Source: an uncultured archaeon
Lineage (GTDB): Archaea; Asgardarchaeota; Thorarchaeia; Thorarchaeales; CAZPUN01
Length of the DNA stretch: 32,000 nucleotides
NCBI GenBank assembly: GCA_964589775.1
Contig: CAZPUN010000021.1
Coordinates: 120,001 to 152,000, forward strand
Reading direction: 5' to 3'
This document shows positions 27,901 through 32,000 of this stretch, in pieces (the stretch's first letter is position 1; the number at the start of each line of letters is the position of its first letter). The translations under genes were made by a program, and so were the position numbers. The notes beneath the pieces were generated by a model. The model ran no database searches, was not told where the DNA came from, and worked only from the letters and a program-made list of their open reading frames with translations.

Positions 27901-30900
27901 GTCGGCACAATACCGACTGGTGAAGATGTAGTTATTACAATTCATTATACCGTATTAGATTCAGCTAGTAGTCACAATGGTGAAGGCCTTACAGGTCTAT
28001 CATCACACATATGGTGTAATTATAGTTCATATACCGTAACTGAAGTTGGAAGTGGTACATATAGAATAACAATTTCAGCATCAGAAGTTTCAACAATTGG
28101 TACTTATGGTGTATTAATTGAAGCAAATACCACTGGAACTACAAATGATGTCTACCAAGCACAGCAATTAGATAGTGTAAGTTTCGAGATTAGAAGATTA
28201 CATACGGTTCTTACATATGATCCCATTCAGAATACTCCATGGGGCGAAAATGTCACAATTCGTGTTAGATATAAAGTTGTAGATTCTTCTTCCTCACATG
28301 ATGGCGAATATATTAACATTCCAACTTCCGGTATCACTACAAATGCTTCTGTTTATACGGTTATTCAAGTGAGTACTGGCATATTTGATATTGAAATAAA
28401 CGCATCTGTATTTGATAGTATTGGCACTTATCATATATTTGTGCAAGCGACAAGTTCAGGTAGTGGAAATGATATTTATGACACTGCAACAATTGAATAT
28501 GCTCTTGTAAATATTCGCCGTATTGAAACAAGATTGATATATAGTAGTATTCCATCGATTCCATGGGATCAAGACGTATCGATTACAGTCCTATTCAAAG
28601 TTGATGATTCTGCAAGCGCTCATGATGGCGAAGGACTTGCCGGCTATGCAAGCTATTTTGCTTCTAACTTCACAATAAAATCCGTAACCGATAAAGTAAA
28701 TGGTTATTACGAAGTTGTACTATCAAAGAGTGGATTTGCCAGTATTGGTTCGTACGTTGTTCTGATTCAAGTTGATGCAGAAAGTGCAAGTCCGAGTGTC
28801 TATGCAAATTCTGAAATCACTGTAAGTGTCTCAATCCGTGAGCGATATAGTCGTCTTGATTATGATCCTCCTGCAAGTACACCATACCTCGACAATGTTA
28901 CATTTACAGTCTACTTTATTGATGATGATAACGGAACTTATGTTGATGCTACTACGTGGAAATTAAATGATTCACTCGTTGAAGGTGTGGATTACTGGAT
29001 AATTCGGCAGTCTCGTGGTGTATTTGTCGTCAAAATAAATACAACAAATCTTTCTTATGGTAGTTGTTATGTTGAATTAAACTTCACTCGAGCAAATTAT
29101 GCGTGGGCATCACGTAATGTGTCTTTCACAATTCGTCTAATTTATACAGATGCGATACCCTCCGTGTCCAGTCTATCAATTCCAATGGGCGAATCGATGT
29201 CATTCACAGTTGATTTCACGGATCGAGACCATGACACGCCAATTTCCGGAGCTACCGTTATTGCTAATTGGACATATTTCCATTCTTCCGGTGAGGCAAA
29301 CTATACCTACTCATATAATTCTGTTACCGGTAAATACACTATTACAATCTACACTGAAAGTGACGATCCACTCGGTACGTGGGAAGTTGTCTTTAACTTT
29401 ACAAAGAGTAATTATGTAAATGGAACCTTCTCAATTAAAGTAACTATACGCACGCATTCCACATCATTTTCATTAGATACCGCTGCAATACCTACAAGCT
29501 ATTCTTCAAGCTTCAAAGTTAATGTATCATATTACGATGAAGATTTATCCGCAGGAATTGGAAATAGCTCCGGCTATGTAATGATGTATGCAAAGAACGC
29601 TTCTGGTAATATTTTATTCACCGTGGGAGCGAATTCAGATCTTGGTACCGGTCATTACACATTTGTAATTCCTGCAGATCAATGGCATGTAATTGGAAAG
29701 TTCTCAGTTGTATTGTATGTGAATTGGACAGGCCCCACGCCTAAATATTATAATTTGACATTGAACATCACACTTACGGTTCGTGGCTCTGCAACATCTC
29801 TATCTATTTCAGAAGGTGCTCAACCTGCTCAATACTACGAAAACATATCCTTTGTGATTTACTATGAGGATAGTGATAATAATACTGGAATAACCAATTC
29901 ATCAGCATATGGTGCAAATGTACATATCTATATTCAGTGCTTAACAGAATCAGTAGATGTATCATTAATCGATATAATAGAAATAAACCCGACGACAGAC
30001 CCCGGTTTATACCGTATTCAATTTAATACATCCATTCTGTCCAAGTTTGGCTACTTCGAATTTCGTGTCTGGGCGAATTGGACTCGTGGAGCAATGCCAT
30101 TATATGAAAACCAGACTTTAGTTATTGGAATCCGTGTCACATCGCGGCAGACATCAGTATCTTACGTGCCGCCATATACAACTGCGTATGCCGAAATTGC
30201 TGCTTTCAATTTCTCATATCATGATGTCTTGAAGGACAATGCGTATATCGGTAATAGTTCTAGTATGCATATTCAGTTGAACGGAATAGATCCACAGTAC
30301 TACAATATTACGTATTTCAGCTCTGACAAAGTCTTCAGAATTACAATTAATACAACTGTGTTCGGTGTGGGCGACTTTACAATGTATCTAAATATAACTT
30401 GGACTGGTGTTCCATATTATTACAACCAGACCTCGGTATCCGTACCTATTACTGTTCGATATCGTAATTCCTATCTTGACTCGCAAGCTACAGAACCGGT
30501 TCGATATTCTGATAATATTACGCTAGTATTTACTTATACTGACCTCGATGATATGGTTGATATAAGTGGAAGCAATCTATCAATTTCATGTACCGGTCAG
30601 AACCTTGAAGGATATTATACAATTTACGATAATGGTGATGGTACGTATAATGTCGTATTGGATACTGACGCATTTACTGAGCCCGGTACATATACAATTC
30701 ATGCAGTCATGATTTATAATGGAAATAGATATTTGTCTAATGCAACACGGGATGTACAAATTCGGGTGCTGTACCGATTCTCAGTTGCAACTGCAGATCC
30801 AAGTGGTCAACTTCCATATGGTTTAACATTTACGATTTATCTGCATTTCTATGATGGTGATACAACTAATGCCATTACAAATAGTTCAGGACATGTTGGA

Positions 30901-32000
30901 TTCTATATTACATCACCCGCAAATCTCAATTATAGTATAGCTTGGTGGTATAGCGACATTTACAATTTAACAATCTATGACTCCGATTTGCCTCTTGGTA
31001 GTACTACTATGAATATCACATTCACATATGATCATATTAGTCCGTTTTATAGTAGTGCAAATGCGGTCTTTACAATAACAATTCGTGCTAGAACATCCGA
31101 CTTTGGCGTTTCCGACAGTCCATTACCAACATCCTATCTTGAACTGCTTAACTTCTCAGTAACATATATAGATCTTGATACCTCAGAAGGAATTTCCGGA
31201 GCTACAATATCTCTTATCGGTATTGGGACTTCCGAAACTTTGACTGAAAATGTAAACTATTGGATACATTATGCAGGTAATGGCGTTTATGAAATTTCAA
31301 TCAATACTACTGCACTTGGTGCTCCCGGAGACTATAACGTAAATGTGACTGCAAGTTGGAGTGGAGCTCCTTATTACGCATCACGGCACGTGATTGTAGT
31401 CACAACGGTATCTCAAAGGGATAGCTCACTTCTATTTGGAATAAGTCCTGTAGATACTCAATATCTTGATAATGTAACCTTTACAGTTCGATTCCTTGAT
31501 GGTATTACTCATGAGCCCATCGATATTGCAACATCAAACTTTGAAATCCGAGTAGGACCAAGCCAGCGATTGCTAGCATCAAACGAATTTACTATTGTAA
31601 AATCTGATGGTTATTACACAATCCAAATAAATACAACAGTTTTAAGCTCAAACCTTGTGTCCGACTATATGATAAATGTTACTGCAGTATGGCCTTCTGG
31701 AGATGCACCATATTACTTCTCTGATTGGATCGCTACAACAATTTCAACAAAGGGCCGTAATTCCGAATTGAAATTTGAAAATGTTGCAGGAACGCCTATC
31801 GGAGATAATATTACAATTGTATTCCGTGTGACAGATGCCGAGCGTGGAACTGGTATCTCTAATGCAAACATAACTTTAATTTGTCTCAATAGAACTGTAC
31901 AATATTGGCTTAGCGTTAATAATGGTACGTATACAATTCTCGTAAATACTAGCGACTTTAATGAACTTGGAATATATCATTTCAAGATTAATATCACGTG
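21985..32000 (+). CDS. Giant secreted/cell-surface glycoprotein with Ig-like repeats; 3'-truncated (>=3338 codons)
   Basis: Starts MERVLLKKKGLLILMVFILMIQF (signal-peptide-like; alternative TTG 22000). I found no in-frame stop in the stretches I translated, and the track lists no terminated ORF in this frame. S/T/N/Y/V-rich, many N-x-S/T sequons, recurrent GxGxYxIxI strands. Confidence 0.9.
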   Translation, partial: MERVLLKKKGLLILMVFILMIQFSGPDVVNMNKNDRSVDSDVNHLISNYDGSYTGIGDSREVTEFAYGENKSISRTDLDSGETFNNYIQVPPKWNTYAVDSVIYDTYETAQWVSNSAFSGTASPWYYVENDTYSICYGTYSTTGGYVMTSFNISNDMVTPEMFAAYRQDVYIARWHPTNVWVNFTYYANHTASDYLPGFYIYVKVGNVYERDYFVFSTNDNLNQWISGSFMLPSDSISNLLLPGVVPIEVGIGTTYNTYILDTYDVAVRWDNVQLSMRAEAIPNDLGIKMNATSVPAPSTNSNTTYIVSDSRDAYSLGSTIDVDGSSSALYFGYDSSSNKEEAGLQFALPIPQGALITNAYLTLKAAATAGASFTAKIYVGATTNPAAFSASSSSSISDMYTFWYYSVDWTVSSWSVGSTYQSPDISKLIQRVVSNRTWTSGSYVLIKIDPGNAGSNNYRAFYDSSSGTSNAANLTVQWKTLESSTVTFTGNIPNDSNNWKNVCVNFTSTNSNIDFMNDLKAYVNRTSSTTTQSGASGVEFSVSNDSSVEWTAYFYAATPSGYSLYNFSVSKPTDWVATHVYNPLNVDKLSSCTGGTSSDDYVGVPNSIAQTYGTWKLVFTQTNRVTNVSLYDYTNSRYVSWINFTAGDSTKVRAQFTSAADGTIAHLNIYAPDGSIWYCEEKAISSNLVEFSKVTFAGSNSSAGKWTVEVYWNNSNAGTLYQAGEFTRHFGVLHTMDMAMILPSDASSDWATEAISGDLILVKVRLDDQQSGEHIAGATVTCNWTDGGSPTTITFNDLGTGEYTASLNTTQLGGIGTYKVNITGVKDYLGKIQKWLTINVSAATTLTSDNYPSVSVEWNFNTTLEIVYQTTGGTGITGASISCDWPANSYHITEGGTAGHYLIELNTSVYTLGNHPIHISAEKTFYQKQNISITVIITERATTLTYSPPDTVPVGDNLVVVLTYQGVTDGKYIDTATISANNGTLVSSTPLGSGQYRVVIDGSSFNVGYVWINLSASYSGEPYYQNRSIVIRFTIRNISTTIDSDQYPQVTTPYDVDVNITLTYVDVDHSTNIAGGTVKSNGTITWHDQGNGDYSVRIDVSGYGIGTHYVQFTITKNNYDVATIIIRVVIRRYNTLLSYDPVPSTPIDENVIIYVHYIVSDVESGHNGEGINNATITCNVSSYTVVGLGNGDYKIIIDSSVFTTTGDYGIQVTATPTSISPDIYQSASFDSLSVTIRKLTMTVEYQPLSAIPHGENVSLWVQYVVSDAASSQDGTAIGGAQSGISVNYTYYTVYVESNNWYRIEINASHFDELKVYYITVTIDGSAAGLTKYSSATRNSIPVQIRRIQTSLTYDAIPSVPIGENVTIHVYYKVSDTASSQNGDGLSFDKSQIVCNYSVYQVIVVGNGEFIIKINASEFTYGYFAVQIDASTTGLSNDYYESQTVITGKFEVRKLYTVVVNQPVSDVPYGDDAIIYVTWEVRDSASSEDGSLISGGSVETNATSSYTETSSGHYKITIDSSVFTSVGTWYIDITLYKSGSHYENGTLNGLRIIVRVIYTSVDSPDYPQVVTPYGVNVQISLTYHDEDHSTVISGGSVVSNASLDSQTDNGDGTYTVVIDVSSYGIGTHVFYFNVSKSNYDTATIVIRIVIRRYLTTLTYDQINAVPSGDDLVITLHYTVSDSESGHDGEYIIGATIITNYSQSDYTFSWDSTNHVYILTIYGSAISSVGVHWIIINATTAGSASDIYANATTNAISFTVRAISTTTTSPDYPRVVVPYGNNVNVSVTYKDLDHNTVISSASVSANVSIQWTDNGDGTYSIRILSNSYNLGTYHVNITLTKANHDSSSIVIDVQVRRYYTSLTYDAISETPYDENVTIIIHYVVDDAESGHDGEGITGLASNVWCNYTFTAYELGNGDYKIVISKSDLTSLGRYYVTIEINSTGTSPDIYTAQTLTSVPFTIRRIYTSLTYEGVGTIPTGEDVVITIHYTVLDSASSHNGEGLTGLSSHIWCNYSSYTVTEVGSGTYRITISASEVSTIGTYGVLIEANTTGTTNDVYQAQQLDSVSFEIRRLHTVLTYDPIQNTPWGENVTIRVRYKVVDSSSSHDGEYINIPTSGITTNASVYTVIQVSTGIFDIEINASVFDSIGTYHIFVQATSSGSGNDIYDTATIEYALVNIRRIETRLIYSSIPSIPWDQDVSITVLFKVDDSASAHDGEGLAGYASYFASNFTIKSVTDKVNGYYEVVLSKSGFASIGSYVVLIQVDAESASPSVYANSEITVSVSIRERYSRLDYDPPASTPYLDNVTFTVYFIDDDNGTYVDATTWKLNDSLVEGVDYWIIRQSRGVFVVKINTTNLSYGSCYVELNFTRANYAWASRNVSFTIRLIYTDAIPSVSSLSIPMGESMSFTVDFTDRDHDTPISGATVIANWTYFHSSGEANYTYSYNSVTGKYTITIYTESDDPLGTWEVVFNFTKSNYVNGTFSIKVTIRTHSTSFSLDTAAIPTSYSSSFKVNVSYYDEDLSAGIGNSSGYVMMYAKNASGNILFTVGANSDLGTGHYTFVIPADQWHVIGKFSVVLYVNWTGPTPKYYNLTLNITLTVRGSATSLSISEGAQPAQYYENISFVIYYEDSDNNTGITNSSAYGANVHIYIQCLTESVDVSLIDIIEINPTTDPGLYRIQFNTSILSKFGYFEFRVWANWTRGAMPLYENQTLVIGIRVTSRQTSVSYVPPYTTAYAEIAAFNFSYHDVLKDNAYIGNSSSMHIQLNGIDPQYYNITYFSSDKVFRITINTTVFGVGDFTMYLNITWTGVPYYYNQTSVSVPITVRYRNSYLDSQATEPVRYSDNITLVFTYTDLDDMVDISGSNLSISCTGQNLEGYYTIYDNGDGTYNVVLDTDAFTEPGTYTIHAVMIYNGNRYLSNATRDVQIRVLYRFSVATADPSGQLPYGLTFTIYLHFYDGDTTNAITNSSGHVGFYITSPANLNYSIAWWYSDIYNLTIYDSDLPLGSTTMNITFTYDHISPFYSSANAVFTITIRARTSDFGVSDSPLPTSYLELLNFSVTYIDLDTSEGISGATISLIGIGTSETLTENVNYWIHYAGNGVYEISINTTALGAPGDYNVNVTASWSGAPYYASRHVIVVTTVSQRDSSLLFGISPVDTQYLDNVTFTVRFLDGITHEPIDIATSNFEIRVGPSQRLLASNEFTIVKSDGYYTIQINTTVLSSNLVSDYMINVTAVWPSGDAPYYFSDWIATTISTKGRNSELKFENVAGTPIGDNITIVFRVTDAERGTGISNANITLICLNRTVQYWLSVNNGTYTILVNTSDFNELGIYHFKINIT
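25093..28836 (+). repeat. Array of 12 Ig-like coding repeats of two types (A ~95 aa, B ~102-109 aa)
   Basis: A units (S-x-x-YP-x-V-x-x-PY..Y-x-D-x-DH) start at about 25093, 26647, 27262. B units (V-x-D-x-x-S-x-[HQE]-[DN]-G) start at about 25378, 25696, 26020, 26341, 26935, 27547, 27868, 28192, 28516. Confidence 0.8.

Noticed and set aside
25093-28836. CRISPR array or DGR template/variable repeat
   Set aside because: Repeats are ~285-330-nt in-frame coding units with codon-level divergence; no identical short repeats with spacers, no adenine-specific mismatch pair, no reverse transcriptase or cas gene.
22324-29419. Small ORFs listed by the track within the last 10 kb
   Set aside because: All lie inside the giant frame-1 ORF in alternative frames or antisense.

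Overview
AT-rich archaeal chromosomal window, most likely from an Asgard archaeon. This is an inference from a longin-domain protein, two alpha-SNAP-like proteins, archaeal-type AlaRS, an Nre homologue, a class II HMG-CoA reductase and GGAGG/GGTGA Shine-Dalgarno sites. Housekeeping genes (3' part of glyS, K+-independent membrane pyrophosphatase, HMG-CoA reductase, MFS transporter, alaS, alaX) are interleaved with candidate membrane-trafficking/remodelling genes: a tail-anchored coiled-coil protein beside an alpha-SNAP-like protein, a SNAP-like solenoid fused to two beta-sandwich domains, a longin + long coiled-coil protein, and two YdjG-like Zn-ribbon membrane proteins preceded by a GC-rich, multi-hairpin candidate RNA switch. 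An iscS-iscU pair follows, in which IscS has lost its PLP-binding lysine and IscU carries a DUF59-like tail. The last 10 kb is one unterminated ORF (>3300 aa, absent from the ORF track) for a giant secreted/surface protein with nested Ig-like repeats. I saw no rRNA, tRNA, CRISPR array or transposase. All family assignments come from motif recognition by eye, not database searches.
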